A DNA stretch of 64,000 nt from an uncultured Poribacteria bacterium. GTDB lineage: Bacteria; Poribacteria; WGA-4E; WGA-3G. The notes beneath the pieces are model-generated. The model made no database searches, was not told where the DNA came from, and saw only the letters and a list, made by a program, of their open reading frames with translations. The stretch spans positions 96,001 to 160,000 of the forward strand of contig CATQHZ020000001.1 of NCBI GenBank assembly GCA_958296135.2. Direction: 5' to 3'. Shown here piece by piece: positions 20,709 through 30,416 of this stretch (within the stretch, counting starts at the first letter, position 1; every line of letters starts with the position of its first letter). Made by a program: the position numbers and the translations under genes.

Positions 20709-20721
20709 GGTGAGGTAAGGT

Positions 20722-22695
20722 TTGAATGTTATGATGAGACTCAAAACTCGCAACCGAAAAGGCCTGATGCACGGCTTGCTTGTTCTCACGCTTTGCTGTT
20801 TTCTGACTTCCCGAATTGAAGCAGAAGATGTATACAGCCTATTTGGAAAATTATTCCTGTCCGGACGTGTTGAATACGATTTCACAAATAGACGTAACTT
20901 CCTCGCCGATACGGAAACAGAACGAGTCAGGCAGGACGATTTTGATTTTGACCGGCTCTTCCGACGCGGCTTCCACAGTGTTATGGTGATTGAGGAAACA
21001 GCAGGCAGTGTTAAGAATATTCTAAGCCTCGGTGAAGTCCCAACGACCTTCACGAAATTTACCTTCGACCAGATCGACCTGGCCGGGGTCCGATGGGAGG
21101 TCCGCTCAGAACACACCGATTGGACAATCTTGATGGTTCCCGGACTGCTCAACCGGATAAACGGGCAAGAAGGGGCAACACAAGGCTCAGGCATCGGCCT
21201 GCGGGAAGTCACAAAATTTGGCAAATCGCAGATTGGGCTATCGTGGTACTTCCGCGAAACGCCGGTATGGGCAGTCGATATGGAGACGAACTTCACTAAC
21301 TATGGACTGAAAACAGAGCTCGCTGTCACACCCAAGAGCGCGTTGCAAAAAAACCTGCGTTCGCGGTTTGACGCAACCGCAACAGTCCTCAAAGCTTTCC
21401 AAACCGTCGGAGACACGATTTTTCAGGCCGAAGCGTTTCGCATCGGACCGCGGTTCGATGCCGCACACGCCGTCGGAGATAACGATGACCAGGACCGGTA
21501 CTCCGATAACACACCCCTTGACCCTCCCTCCCTCATTATTCCCGGTGACCTGGATAAAAACAACAATGGCACCTTTGACTATGAAGATGACATCCTGCTT
21601 TTTGATGTCGATGAAGACTTCCTGGACGAAAGCGACCGGAACAACAACGGCATCCGGGACGAAGAGGAAAATGATAAAGACCCAAATTACGAATTTGATG
21701 CCGGACTCCAAGGAATACGCCTCTTCATGAACCGAAAAATAAGTCGGCAGACCAGCATCGTCGATCTGGATGTTGGACTGCAAATCGAAAAGAAACTCAA
21801 TGCTAAAAAAGTGAGAAACGCACCCACCTCGACGAAGGCGTTTGCCAATCTGGTTTACCAGAAAGAACTCGCACGAGCCTCCTCACTACGGTTTGAGAAC
21901 GAACTGAAACTGGTGAAAGACCGGATACCCGACGAAACTTGGTATTTCGCCGGGTTCCTGAGCAAATCAGAGGAACGACTCTATCGGAAACAGCCGGAAA
22001 TCAAGAGGTTGGAGGCAGCAGAGGATGTCCAGTTTTTCGAGATTGATGGCGGCATTGAAGTCGAAAAACGGCGCAGGGACCCGCTGTTGATGCAAGATGA
22101 CCTCATTAACACCGCCAAAGTGACTTGGGAGTTCCTCGGCATTGACCGGATGGTAACAACCGCACGCGCCAAACTGCAATACGATTTTGATTTTCAGAAA
22201 GATAATCAACATTATGAAGTCGGCATTTTCAAAACCTTATACCGCCTGAGGCCCTCCAAATCATTAGAAATCAGTCCCATGTTCAAATACACTATCCGCA
22301 ACGGGTTCCGGATGGCAGAAGACCGGCTCACACACCTCGGGGTGAAAGACGAAATTGATGGCACCGTGCTCACACGGCTGCTCCGATTGCGCCAAATTGA
22401 ACGCGCGGATGTCCGAGATATGGCTTCCGCGTTTATCCTCAAGGTGGTCTATCAGTTCACGAAAACCATCAAAATCACTGGCGGCGGGCAGATTCTCCTG
22501 TTCAATGATATGCTTGCCGATGATAACGATTTTGTCCGACAGGCATTACTCGCTGAAATGGAAAAGAGTTTCGTCGCCTACAACAAGCAGCTTTTTCTAC
22601 ATATCGGCGCGCGATACATCGATCAGCGGGCAGTAGGCGAAGTGAACGATCAAAATTTCATGGAAATTTTCGTGCGGGTCTTTGGCAAGTTCTAA
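20722..22695 (+). CDS. Secreted hypothetical protein, probable outer-membrane beta-barrel with Ca-binding acidic loops
   Basis: Signal-peptide-like N-terminus, amphipathic strands, C-terminal Phe (VRVFGKF), DxDxNxNG motifs (DLDKNNNG, DRNNNG); follows the propeller gene by 13 bp. Confidence 0.65.
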   Translation: MNVMMRLKTRNRKGLMHGLLVLTLCCFLTSRIEAEDVYSLFGKLFLSGRVEYDFTNRRNFLADTETERVRQDDFDFDRLFRRGFHSVMVIEETAGSVKNILSLGEVPTTFTKFTFDQIDLAGVRWEVRSEHTDWTILMVPGLLNRINGQEGATQGSGIGLREVTKFGKSQIGLSWYFRETPVWAVDMETNFTNYGLKTELAVTPKSALQKNLRSRFDATATVLKAFQTVGDTIFQAEAFRIGPRFDAAHAVGDNDDQDRYSDNTPLDPPSLIIPGDLDKNNNGTFDYEDDILLFDVDEDFLDESDRNNNGIRDEEENDKDPNYEFDAGLQGIRLFMNRKISRQTSIVDLDVGLQIEKKLNAKKVRNAPTSTKAFANLVYQKELARASSLRFENELKLVKDRIPDETWYFAGFLSKSEERLYRKQPEIKRLEAAEDVQFFEIDGGIEVEKRRRDPLLMQDDLINTAKVTWEFLGIDRMVTTARAKLQYDFDFQKDNQHYEVGIFKTLYRLRPSKSLEISPMFKYTIRNGFRMAEDRLTHLGVKDEIDGTVLTRLLRLRQIERADVRDMASAFILKVVYQFTKTIKITGGGQILLFNDMLADDNDFVRQALLAEMEKSFVAYNKQLFLHIGARYIDQRAVGEVNDQNFMEIFVRVFGKF

Positions 22696-22744
22696 TTCCA
22701 AGCCGTGCCGTCCCCTTTTTCCGTAGCGCGAGGCATATTTTAAT

Positions 22745-22980
22745 CCGTAGCGCGAGGGCCTGTCCCTCGCCCTGCTGCCGGTACTTTACCGTAGGGCGAG
22801 GGCCTGTCCCTCGCGTTGTTGTCCTCCGCCCTGCTGCCGGTACTTTACCGTAGGGCGAGGGCCTGTCCCTCGCGTTGTTGTCCTCCGCCCTGCTGCCGGT
22901 ACTTTACCGTAGGGCGAGGGCCTGTCCCTCGCGTTGTTGTCCTCCGCCCTGCTGCCGGTACTTTACCGTAGGGCGAGGGC
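22745..22980. repeat. Tandem 59-bp repeat built on the GTAG REP hairpin
   Basis: ccgtagggcgagggcctgtccctcgcgttgttgtcctccgccctgctgccggtacttta starts at 22789, 22848 and 22907, with partial copies at 22745 and 22966. Confidence 0.9.
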
Positions 22981-23192
22981 CGTCACGGTCACGTCTACAG
23001 CAAACGTGTTTACGGTAGGTCAGTCGATCTGCCTTGTCAGATCGACTGTCTTGATAGACGTGACCGTTGCTTCGCATAAGCAAACTACCTTACTTTAACG
23101 CTGTCCTCTCTGCCGCCTCGCTGCAGAGCTGTCCACTGTCCCTCGCGTTGCTGCCCTCTATAGGAGTCGCGTATTTTATCCGTAGCGCAAAA

Positions 23193-23639
23193 TCAAACGC
23201 ATCGCGCCAAGACAGCAAGTGTCAACGTCCGTTCATTTGGGAAAGCCACGGTGAGCAAGGCTGAAAAAGTACCGGGCTCTCTCACCGGTCCTAGCCGAAT
23301 CGTAATGCGTAGATTTCCTTCCGATTCCGGCGTGAGGCTCCATGTCAACGCGGGGTGGTGTGTCGGCATCAGGCGAATCTTGGCGGTAAAGTTTTTGCGA
23401 GGCACCGCTCTCGCTTCGGTATAGGCGCGCCCGTTCACGGAAAGGGTTATTTGCCGCGTATGCGTTGTGTTGGGCAAGATATCCCCGAAATCGCATAGGG
23501 CTGTGCTCAGTTTTGCGAACGGTTTGGGAACGGAATTGACGCTGTTCTGTTCACGCCGATTGTTGACTAAGATAGTGAGGATGGCGAGGAGAAACAGCGC
23601 GGATATGAGGATAGAGGTAAGCGTTGCGCGTTTTTGCAT
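23193..23639 (-). CDS. Membrane-anchored Ig-like hypothetical protein (DUF1573-like)
   Basis: N-terminal TM helix, then DFGDI..N and beta-rich PGTFSALLTV. Confidence 0.55.
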   Translation of the reverse strand: MQKRATLTSILISALFLLAILTILVNNRREQNSVNSVPKPFAKLSTALCDFGDILPNTTHTRQITLSVNGRAYTEARAVPRKNFTAKIRLMPTHHPALTWSLTPESEGNLRITIRLGPVREPGTFSALLTVAFPNERTLTLAVLARCV

Positions 23640-23698
23640 TTTTTCATCCCCTCATTATCCGTAGGCGCGGTTGCAAACCGCACCTCCCGGGGAATGGC

Positions 23699-24151
23699 TC
23701 AGTTCGCGAATCTAGAGCCTTGTTGTGGAGATAAGGCGATGAAGAGACTCGCGGCGGCGCAGAGCATGTCAACGAACACCGCCTTCCACGTCGGGGCTTG
23801 CGAGAGCGACAGCCATTCAAACAGAATATTCTCGCACCCGCACGAAGAGAGCGGCAGCTGTCGCCACAGCACCGATGCGAGTGCCAACGCAAAGCAGAGG
23901 AACAGCAGCGATGCCACGGCACCAGCACCCGATAGCCGATAGCCGATGCACAACGCTATCCCCAACGTTATCTCTGCCGATACCAGCAAGTAACTGGCAG
24001 GCCGGATGAACGCCGCGGGTAAGATATGATAGCTCTCCACCGCTGCAACGAAGGTACCGAAGCCATCAAATTTGGCAATGCCGGAGAAGAGGAGAATCAA
24101 GCCGAGAACGACTCGGAGAAGCGTCAGCAAGACAGCGGCAACCTGTTTCAT
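23699..24151 (-). CDS. MauE/DoxX-family membrane protein
   Basis: RVVLGLILLFSGIAK, AEITLG, SCGC motif; ATGA overlap with the upstream rhodanese gene. Confidence 0.8.
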   Translation of the reverse strand: MKQVAAVLLTLLRVVLGLILLFSGIAKFDGFGTFVAAVESYHILPAAFIRPASYLLVSAEITLGIALCIGYRLSGAGAVASLLFLCFALALASVLWRQLPLSSCGCENILFEWLSLSQAPTWKAVFVDMLCAAASLFIALSPQQGSRFAN

Positions 24152-24651
24152 TTTCCCTGTTCCTTGCTGTGGGAGTCCGGATGTGCCAAATCTGCCTTCT
24201 CCACCGGATAGCCCGCGCTTTCCCACCCGAAAATGCCACTCGGAAAAACTTGGACGTTTCGGTAGCCTTCTTCCAACAGGAATTCCCGCAGGATATGCGC
24301 AATCGGGCAGCTGATGTTCCCGCAGTAGGTAATCAGATACGTGTCCTTGTCCGTTGGCAATACGGACAACGTTTCCTTAACGCGGCTGAGAGGGACGTTC
24401 ACGGCACCGGGGATGTGTCCCCGTTTGAAGTATTTGGTGCCGCGCGCATCCACAAAAACCGCTTCGCCTTGCTGCCAGACCTGGTGCACCTCCGGCATGT
24501 CGAGTTCTATGGAAGGCGTGCCGCGATGACTGATGGAGTTGTCAGGCAGGATTCCCGCAAGAGTTATGCACCAGAGTGCTAAGGCAACGAGGCATATCCA
24601 CAAAGTGATGAAGAGTGAGTCGCTAAAGATTCTCATTATTTTCTGTGACAT
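24148..24651 (-). CDS. Membrane-anchored rhodanese-domain protein
   Basis: FVDAR...GHIPGAVNVP...ITYCG..C...GY.NV...G..GW. Confidence 0.88.
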   Translation of the reverse strand: MSQKIMRIFSDSLFITLWICLVALALWCITLAGILPDNSISHRGTPSIELDMPEVHQVWQQGEAVFVDARGTKYFKRGHIPGAVNVPLSRVKETLSVLPTDKDTYLITYCGNISCPIAHILREFLLEEGYRNVQVFPSGIFGWESAGYPVEKADLAHPDSHSKEQGK

Positions 24652-24655
24652 TTCA

Positions 24656-25360
24656 TTATGGCTGTTTTTTCAGGGTTCCCCAGGTCGTCGCCAATTTCGC
24701 TTTGGGTGAAACGGCGAGTGTCGGGCCAGAAATGGTAAACGCATCCACCCACGCCGTGCCTTCCCATTCGTTCGCGACGTTAATGCCTTCCATGACGAAA
24801 CCGAGAATCTCGATTTTGTCAAAGTTGGCATCCCGGAATTCGGTGCGGAATGCACCATCGGCATACACCTCGAAATGCCCAACGCGAAACCGCAATTCTA
24901 GCTGCGTCAGTGCCTCCGTGTCCCAGCGCGTTCGGGGTTCTCTGGAGACGCGCAGCCGAAACGGATGACTGCGCCCCTTGCCATCAAATCGCCGCGCTCG
25001 GATTTCGTCCGTGAAGAAGACATAGAAAAACGCATCCTCCTCTGGCGTATCGGGGAAACTTTTGCCGATGGCGAACCCGAACCGCGTCCTGTCACCGCCG
25101 AAGTCGTTGAGCGTCACGGTGAAATGCGTATAGGGCGCGCGGAGTGCCTGAAATCGGTAGAGTTCGTAGTCCAGTTCCCATTCGCGTTTGACTTCGGCGC
25201 GGAGAAACCCATCGGCGATTTTCCAGATGTCGGGATTGCCAACAATCTGCCACGCCGCCGGGTTTTCTACCTCAAAATCGTCGTGCCACACCTCGGCGGC
25301 GGCAGACGCTATTGATAAGCAGAGTGCCGCGGCCACCGCAGCGATAATCATTTTTCCCAT
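24656..25360 (-). CDS. Secreted beta-sandwich protein with C-terminal KLATTWG motif
   Basis: Signal peptide, WHDDF start, tail AVSPKAKLATTWGTLKK; paralogue of 27542..28216. Confidence 0.75.
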   Translation of the reverse strand: MGKMIIAAVAAALCLSIASAAAEVWHDDFEVENPAAWQIVGNPDIWKIADGFLRAEVKREWELDYELYRFQALRAPYTHFTVTLNDFGGDRTRFGFAIGKSFPDTPEEDAFFYVFFTDEIRARRFDGKGRSHPFRLRVSREPRTRWDTEALTQLELRFRVGHFEVYADGAFRTEFRDANFDKIEILGFVMEGINVANEWEGTAWVDAFTISGPTLAVSPKAKLATTWGTLKKQP

Positions 25361-25515
25361 CCCTGTTCCTCCCGAAGAACTTCTTACGTATTGGCGCAAG
25401 ACGTTCGTTGATGTCTCTGGGGCAATCACGCCTCTTTACGTTCTTGCGATAAGGGTTTCTGGCAGTTTGAGAGCGCGCGGCGGACAGGCCCCCGTGCTAC
25501 TGCCCTAGGGCTATA

Positions 25516-26265
25516 TCATTCAATTTTGATGCAATCATACCACCGCTTCGTCTTTTTCCCTCTGCGGCTGAGCACGCCGGGTTTGCGTTCAACCGGCGGG
25601 CCGAAATCGCCATCTTTCTGCTTTAAGACATCCCAGTCCGGCGGAAACCACGTTTTCAACGTTCGGCAATGCACCTCAACGCTTTCGTCTTCCCACCCGC
25701 CGATTTTGTAATACATCGGGCAGACCCAACGTTCTTGGCGGTAGAGATACCGCCGCCAGCCGGTGACAGATGCCTGCGCGCGGATTTTCCTGCCATCGCG
25801 CCAGTGTCGTTCCACGCCGCTCCACGGGTACCCCGTTGTGCCGCTCCCAGCGTTGATTTCACTCCATCCCAGGTCATCACGGAGAGTGATATAGGCGTAG
25901 TCGGTGCCCCACGGGGTGTCGGAGGTGCCGAAATACCACTGCTGCGAACGATACCAGTGCAACGCGCCGCGGATACGGGACGAGGATACTTCTGCGCGTT
26001 CGAGCGTCTCCGGAATATCAAAAAACCCACGATTGTTATAGGGGTTATGGACACCAGGGCACAGCGTGAGAGAATTAACTTCCGGTCCGAACCATTTCCC
26101 ATCTCGCCCTGGCGTTCGATAGTACGCGCCTGCGTCACGCGGTTGAGCACTCTCGCCGGGATTCAATCGGGCGCGCGCGTAGGTGCTCCACAATGCAACA
26201 GCGAGGACGACAGCAGATAAGAGTGCCGCAAACAAGATGTCTTGATATGTGTGAATTTTTCGCAT
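25516..26265 (-). CDS. Hypothetical exported protein, Trp/Gly/Tyr-rich
   Basis: 249-aa ORF with N-terminal hydrophobic segment, RBS GGGGA, co-oriented with its neighbours. Confidence 0.65.
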   Translation of the reverse strand: MRKIHTYQDILFAALLSAVVLAVALWSTYARARLNPGESAQPRDAGAYYRTPGRDGKWFGPEVNSLTLCPGVHNPYNNRGFFDIPETLERAEVSSSRIRGALHWYRSQQWYFGTSDTPWGTDYAYITLRDDLGWSEINAGSGTTGYPWSGVERHWRDGRKIRAQASVTGWRRYLYRQERWVCPMYYKIGGWEDESVEVHCRTLKTWFPPDWDVLKQKDGDFGPPVERKPGVLSRRGKKTKRWYDCIKIE

Positions 26266-26332
26266 GCGTATTCCCCTGTCAGCCGATGCGCTCTCATCAG
26301 GTGCGCGACTCTGGTGGCGATTTCGGTTGTTG

Positions 26333-26683
26333 CTAGTTTCCGTATTTACCGAACCATCCGAAGATTTGATTCAGTAGGGAGACGGCACTAAACCCGATAG
26401 CGGAGAGGATGGCTGCAATCTTCCAGCGTTCAGTGGTATCCGTCTTTTTCTGTGCGTCTGCTTTTTCAGCGTCTGCTTTGCGTTCGGCAGTGTGGGCGAT
26501 GTGCATCTCAAACATGGCGTTGAGCCGCGTTTGTTCGTTCCGCATGTCCTCCACCTTGCCGTTGAGTTCTTTCATGTCGTTCTTCAGTTCGGCTTCAATT
26601 GGCTTGAGTACGTTGGCAACTTCCGCTTTGACGGCTTTGCCAATCTCATCAGCGATGAGTTTGCGAAGTTCGTCTGGGTTCAT
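26333..26683 (-). CDS. Small coiled-coil protein with C-terminal TM anchor, copy 3 (116 aa)
   Basis: MNPDELRKLIA...WKIAAILSAIGFSAVSLLNQIFGWFGKYGN; RBS GAGGAG. Confidence 0.75.
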   Translation of the reverse strand: MNPDELRKLIADEIGKAVKAEVANVLKPIEAELKNDMKELNGKVEDMRNEQTRLNAMFEMHIAHTAERKADAEKADAQKKTDTTERWKIAAILSAIGFSAVSLLNQIFGWFGKYGN

Positions 26684-26750
26684 GTTTTTCTCCTCGGTTG
26701 TAGGGACGCGGTTTGTAACCGTTGCGCGCCTGTCGTTATTTGGGTTGTTG

Positions 26751-27068
26751 CTAGTTTCCATATTTACCGAACCATCCGAAGATTTGGTTGAGTAGGGAGA
26801 CGGCACTGAACCCGATGGCGGAGAGGATGGCTGCAATCTTCCAGCGTTCAGTGGTATCCGTCTTTTTCTATGCGTCTGCTTTTTCAGCGTCTGCTTTGCG
26901 TTCGGCGGTGTGGGCGATGTGCATCTCGAACATGGTGTTGAGCCGCGTTTGTTCGGTTTTCACGTCGGTTATCTGTGCTTCAATCGGTTTGAGTGCGTTG
27001 GCAACTTCCGCTTTGACGGCTTTGCCAATCTCATCAGCGATGAGTTTGCGGAGTTCGTCTGGGTTCAT
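26751..27068 (-). pseudogene. Copy 2 of the coiled-coil gene, with an in-frame amber stop (CAG>TAG at 26870-26868)
   Basis: The sequence after the stop still encodes KKTDTTERWKIAAIL...GKYGN in the same frame. Confidence 0.75.
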
Positions 27069-27135
27069 GTTTTTCTCCTCGGTTGTAGGGACGTGGTTTG
27101 TAACCGTTGCGCGTCTGTCGTTTTTTGGGTTGTTG

Positions 27136-27528
27136 CTAGTTTCCGTATTTACCGAACCATCCGAAGATTTGGTTGAGTAGGGAGACGGCACTAAACCCGA
27201 TGGCGAAGAGGATGGCTGCAATCTTCCAGCGTTCGGCGGTATCCGTCTTTTTCTGTGCGTCTGCTTTTTCAGCGTCTGCTTTGCGTTCGGCGGTGTGGGC
27301 GATGTGCATCTCAAACGTGCCGTTGAGCCGTGCCTGCTCAACCCTCACGTCCTCTACCTTCTCGGTGAATGTGTCTTTCAGGCTGTCCACCTTCTCGGTG
27401 AGGGTGTCTTTCACGCTGTCCACCTTGGAATTGAGTTCTTTCATGTCGTTCTTCAGTTCGGCTTCAATCGGCTTGAGTGCCTTGCCGATTTCTTCAGCGA
27501 TGAGTTTGCGGAGTTCGTCTGGATTCAT
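27136..27528 (-). CDS. Small coiled-coil protein with C-terminal TM anchor, copy 1 (130 aa)
   Basis: Same termini as copies 2 and 3, with extra 11-aa repeats KVDSVKDTLTE/KVDSLKDTFTE. Confidence 0.78.
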   Translation of the reverse strand: MNPDELRKLIAEEIGKALKPIEAELKNDMKELNSKVDSVKDTLTEKVDSLKDTFTEKVEDVRVEQARLNGTFEMHIAHTAERKADAEKADAQKKTDTAERWKIAAILFAIGFSAVSLLNQIFGWFGKYGN

Positions 27529-27541
27529 GTTTTTCCTCTGT

Positions 27542-28216
27542 TTACGGACGCTTGAGGTATCCCCAGGTCGTCGCTAATTTTCCTTTGGCAGACGCGTCAA
27601 GTGCAGGACTGGAAAAAGTAAATGCATCTGCCCACGCTTTCCCGATTTTTCCATCATCTTGGACGAAATTGGCGAGGACGAGGCTGATGCTGTCAATCTT
27701 GTTGAAGTTCGCATCTTTAAAATCGAGGCGCGATTCGCCATCAGCGAACAGTTGAAACCGCCCAGCATGAAAACGCACTTCCAGTTGTTCAAGTTCATCG
27801 GTGTTCCAGCGAGTGCCATCACCGACAAGCACTTTGCCGTTTCGGGCGACGCGCATGTCATTGGTGAAAAAGAGGTAAGAACCCGTATCCTGATTCGCCT
27901 CGTCTCCAAAATCTTTCGCGAGCGCAATGCCGAAATGCGCATTCTCCGCGCCAGCATTGTGGAGAATGACAGTGAATGCCTCGTAAGGCGCGGGAACAGC
28001 GGCGAAGCGCAGATGCTCCACCAGCGTGCCGAGCAGTTTTTGGGGACGCGTCTCTGCCTTTAACACGCCACCTTCAAATACCCAAGCGGATTCGTTGCCT
28101 TCCTGTTGCCACGCGCCCTCTTTTTCCGCAGGCTCGGTAAAGTCATCGTGCCAGTCCGACGCGAAGGCAGCGGCAATGAACGTGATAGCGATGCATAAGC
28201 AGCCAAACAGTTTCAT
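27542..28216 (-). CDS. Secreted beta-sandwich protein with C-terminal KLATTWG motif
   Basis: Signal peptide, WHDDF, tail DASAKGKLATTWGYLKRP. Confidence 0.78.
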   Translation of the reverse strand: MKLFGCLCIAITFIAAAFASDWHDDFTEPAEKEGAWQQEGNESAWVFEGGVLKAETRPQKLLGTLVEHLRFAAVPAPYEAFTVILHNAGAENAHFGIALAKDFGDEANQDTGSYLFFTNDMRVARNGKVLVGDGTRWNTDELEQLEVRFHAGRFQLFADGESRLDFKDANFNKIDSISLVLANFVQDDGKIGKAWADAFTFSSPALDASAKGKLATTWGYLKRP

Positions 28217-28224
28217 TGTTTTTT

Positions 28225-29805
28225 TTACTCCGTATCGCGATAAGGCGTGCCATCCCGTCTTCCTACATAGATGTGATAAGCGTCCCCGCAGGCCGGAATA
28301 GCAACCAGTTTCTGAATCAGTGAGCGTTGGTAACTGCCTGTTGTTTCGTTGAACACGGTATTGACAGCACGAATGCGCAACTGATAGCGGCCCTCCGTGA
28401 TGTTTTCAAAAACGAAGTGTCCTTGCGCATCGGTTTCTGTCTCAAAACGCTCAAGCGTCATCGACATATCGTAGGGCTCCAATTCCCACGGATACCATGA
28501 ACGGGTGATGACAGCATTGCGCATAGGTGCACCCGTATCTGCCCAATAAACGTATCCGGCAAGTGTCTTGGCGCGCTCATCAGCCACAATAAGCAGCTCT
28601 TTTGCAGTGACGGCTGCATCCACTTCAATGTTCGCCGCTGCGATGCCATCGCCGACAACATACACCGCGTATTTTTCCTCAAAAACTCCCGCTATCGTAA
28701 ACGTCGGTTCGGTTACAGGAAACCGCTTGGTGAGAAGCGGTTTCTGTAACGCCATCGGATGCATCGCAGACTGAAGCGGCGCGTCTGCCGGAAATATCTT
28801 TATCGCGTAATGTCCATCGGCGGGGATATTGAGGGGCAAAATCACGCGTCCCGTAATTGCAACCCCCTTTTCAAGCCTGACAAGGAGCGGCTCCGCACCG
28901 ATATCGATGTTTTCATAGACGGTGGTAAAATAACCTTTTTTGCCTACCTCCACGCTGAGCAAACTCGGTTCGGTTTCTAGCACGTGCATCTGAAACTCGC
29001 CGCTAGCATCGGTTTGCGCGACAGCGAGGAGAGCACCGTGTCCGTGCGGCGTTTCTCGGTGCCGCATCGCGTAAAGTTGTGCTTCTGGCACCGGGATGCC
29101 TTGTACATCCACAACCGTGCCGTGTAACGTCTCCAACTGCGGCAACGGCACGGTGAACCGCGCCGAGTTTCGTGGATGAACCGATTCTATGTATCCTATG
29201 ATAACATTATTTTCAGAAATTGTCAAGGTGTATTCGATCGGATAGAGTTCTGTGAAAACGAAGTCGCCTTGGTTATCCGTTTCTGTCGTGAGTTCGGTTT
29301 GCGCGGCGGCGCGGAAGAAATCGGCTGATTTGGCATGCATTTTTAAGCGGACGACGAGCCCCTCAAGGTGCCGGGCCGGCATCGCGCTACCAGCAGAAAC
29401 AACGACGCTGCCTTGTAAAGTCAGGAACTGGTTCATCGCAATCTCGCCCAAGTCATACCGATTTTTGCCGGGAGACATGTCAAAACGCAAGAGCCGCGCT
29501 TGATAGCGCGGATGGAGTGCCATGAGCGCGAAGGAGTAATAGGTGCCAGCATCGTTTGGCGTGGAGAGCGAGAAGATGCCGGCTGCATCTGTCTCGGTTT
29601 CGTGCGCGAAGTCTCTGTCGGGATAGAGGCTATCGCGCTTTTCGGATGCAACGCGGACAAGGAGACCGGCGATGGGATGCCGGGATTCGGCATCAACGAA
29701 TTTGCCGTGAAGGGACGCGACAGGAGTCTCCGAATAAACGATGAAGATGGGCGCGAGCGTAGCACAGAGGTATAGCAATGGCAGCAGGAAACGGTTGATG
29801 CGCAT
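28225..29805 (-). CDS. Secreted protein with repeated carboxypeptidase-regulatory-like (transthyretin-fold) domains
   Basis: Repeated G.VVD..G.P...A, TETD..G.F.F..L/I..G.Y motifs. Confidence 0.8.
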   Translation of the reverse strand: MRINRFLLPLLYLCATLAPIFIVYSETPVASLHGKFVDAESRHPIAGLLVRVASEKRDSLYPDRDFAHETETDAAGIFSLSTPNDAGTYYSFALMALHPRYQARLLRFDMSPGKNRYDLGEIAMNQFLTLQGSVVVSAGSAMPARHLEGLVVRLKMHAKSADFFRAAAQTELTTETDNQGDFVFTELYPIEYTLTISENNVIIGYIESVHPRNSARFTVPLPQLETLHGTVVDVQGIPVPEAQLYAMRHRETPHGHGALLAVAQTDASGEFQMHVLETEPSLLSVEVGKKGYFTTVYENIDIGAEPLLVRLEKGVAITGRVILPLNIPADGHYAIKIFPADAPLQSAMHPMALQKPLLTKRFPVTEPTFTIAGVFEEKYAVYVVGDGIAAANIEVDAAVTAKELLIVADERAKTLAGYVYWADTGAPMRNAVITRSWYPWELEPYDMSMTLERFETETDAQGHFVFENITEGRYQLRIRAVNTVFNETTGSYQRSLIQKLVAIPACGDAYHIYVGRRDGTPYRDTE

Positions 29806-30167
29806 GCAGGCTCTCTCCTTGAGGTAATTTGTAAGATAATTAACGCAGCACGAACCCCACCGTGCCGCGCGTCCGTAGTGCGAGGGCCGTCACGGTCACG
29901 CCTATAGAAAACGTGCGTGTGTTGCCCCGCGAAAGCACGCTACCTTACTTTAACGTTGTCCTCTCTGCCGCCTCGCTGCAGAGCTGTCCACTGTCCCTCG
30001 CAGTGCCGCGCCAACCGTCCTGCACGTCCGTAGTGCTGCGGGCCTGTCCCTCGCAGGGCCACGGCGTACATACACGGTTGACAGGCCGCCCTGCCAAGGG
30101 TCCCGCAACTCCGTAGTGCTGCGGGCCTGTCCCTCGCAGGGCCACACGCCGCACAAGAGGGATACTG

Positions 30168-30203
30168 CAAAAACAGACAAGCCCCGGGGTTCAACGGGGC
30201 TTG
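30168..30203 (-). terminator. Intrinsic terminator of the tRNA-Lys/Glu operon
   Basis: CAAGCCCCG-loop-CGGGGCTTG followed by TCTGTTTTT on the minus strand. Confidence 0.65.
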
Positions 30204-30245
30204 ACTGCTTCAGGAGAGAACAATGAAGAATCTGCAAGTGTGGGA

Positions 30246-30320
30246 TACCCCCGACGAGATTTGAACTCGTGTCGCCGCCGTGAAAGGGCGGTGTCCTTGG
30301 CCAGGCTAGACGACGGGGGC
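30246..30320 (-). tRNA. tRNA-Glu(TTC)
   Basis: GCCCCCG TCGTCTAG..CCGCCCTTTCACGGCGG..GAGTTCAAATCTC..GGGGGTA. Confidence 0.95.
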
Positions 30321-30325
30321 ATAGA

Positions 30326-30401
30326 TGGTGAGCCGTACAGGGATCGAACCTGTGACCACCTGATTAAAAGTCAGATGCTCTACCTGCTGAGCTAACGGCT
30401 C
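30326..30401 (-). tRNA. tRNA-Lys(TTT), CCA encoded
   Basis: GAGCCGTTAGCTCAG..CTGACTTTTAATCAG..GGTTCGATCCC..GGCTCACCA. Confidence 0.96.
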
Positions 30402-30416
30402 AACCTATTCTGCTTA

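Noticed and set aside
22745-22980. CRISPR-like regular repeat
   Set aside because: The intervening sequences are identical (a pure 59-bp tandem repeat) and no cas genes are present
30176-30205. IS200/IS605-type end or omega-RNA start (GTCAAGCCCC...GGGGCTTG)
   Set aside because: No TnpA, TnpB or IscB nearby; position and U-tract fit a tRNA-operon terminator
22696-30245. Integrative island at tRNA-Glu
   Set aside because: No integrase and no duplicated tRNA 3' end (att site) found at the far boundary
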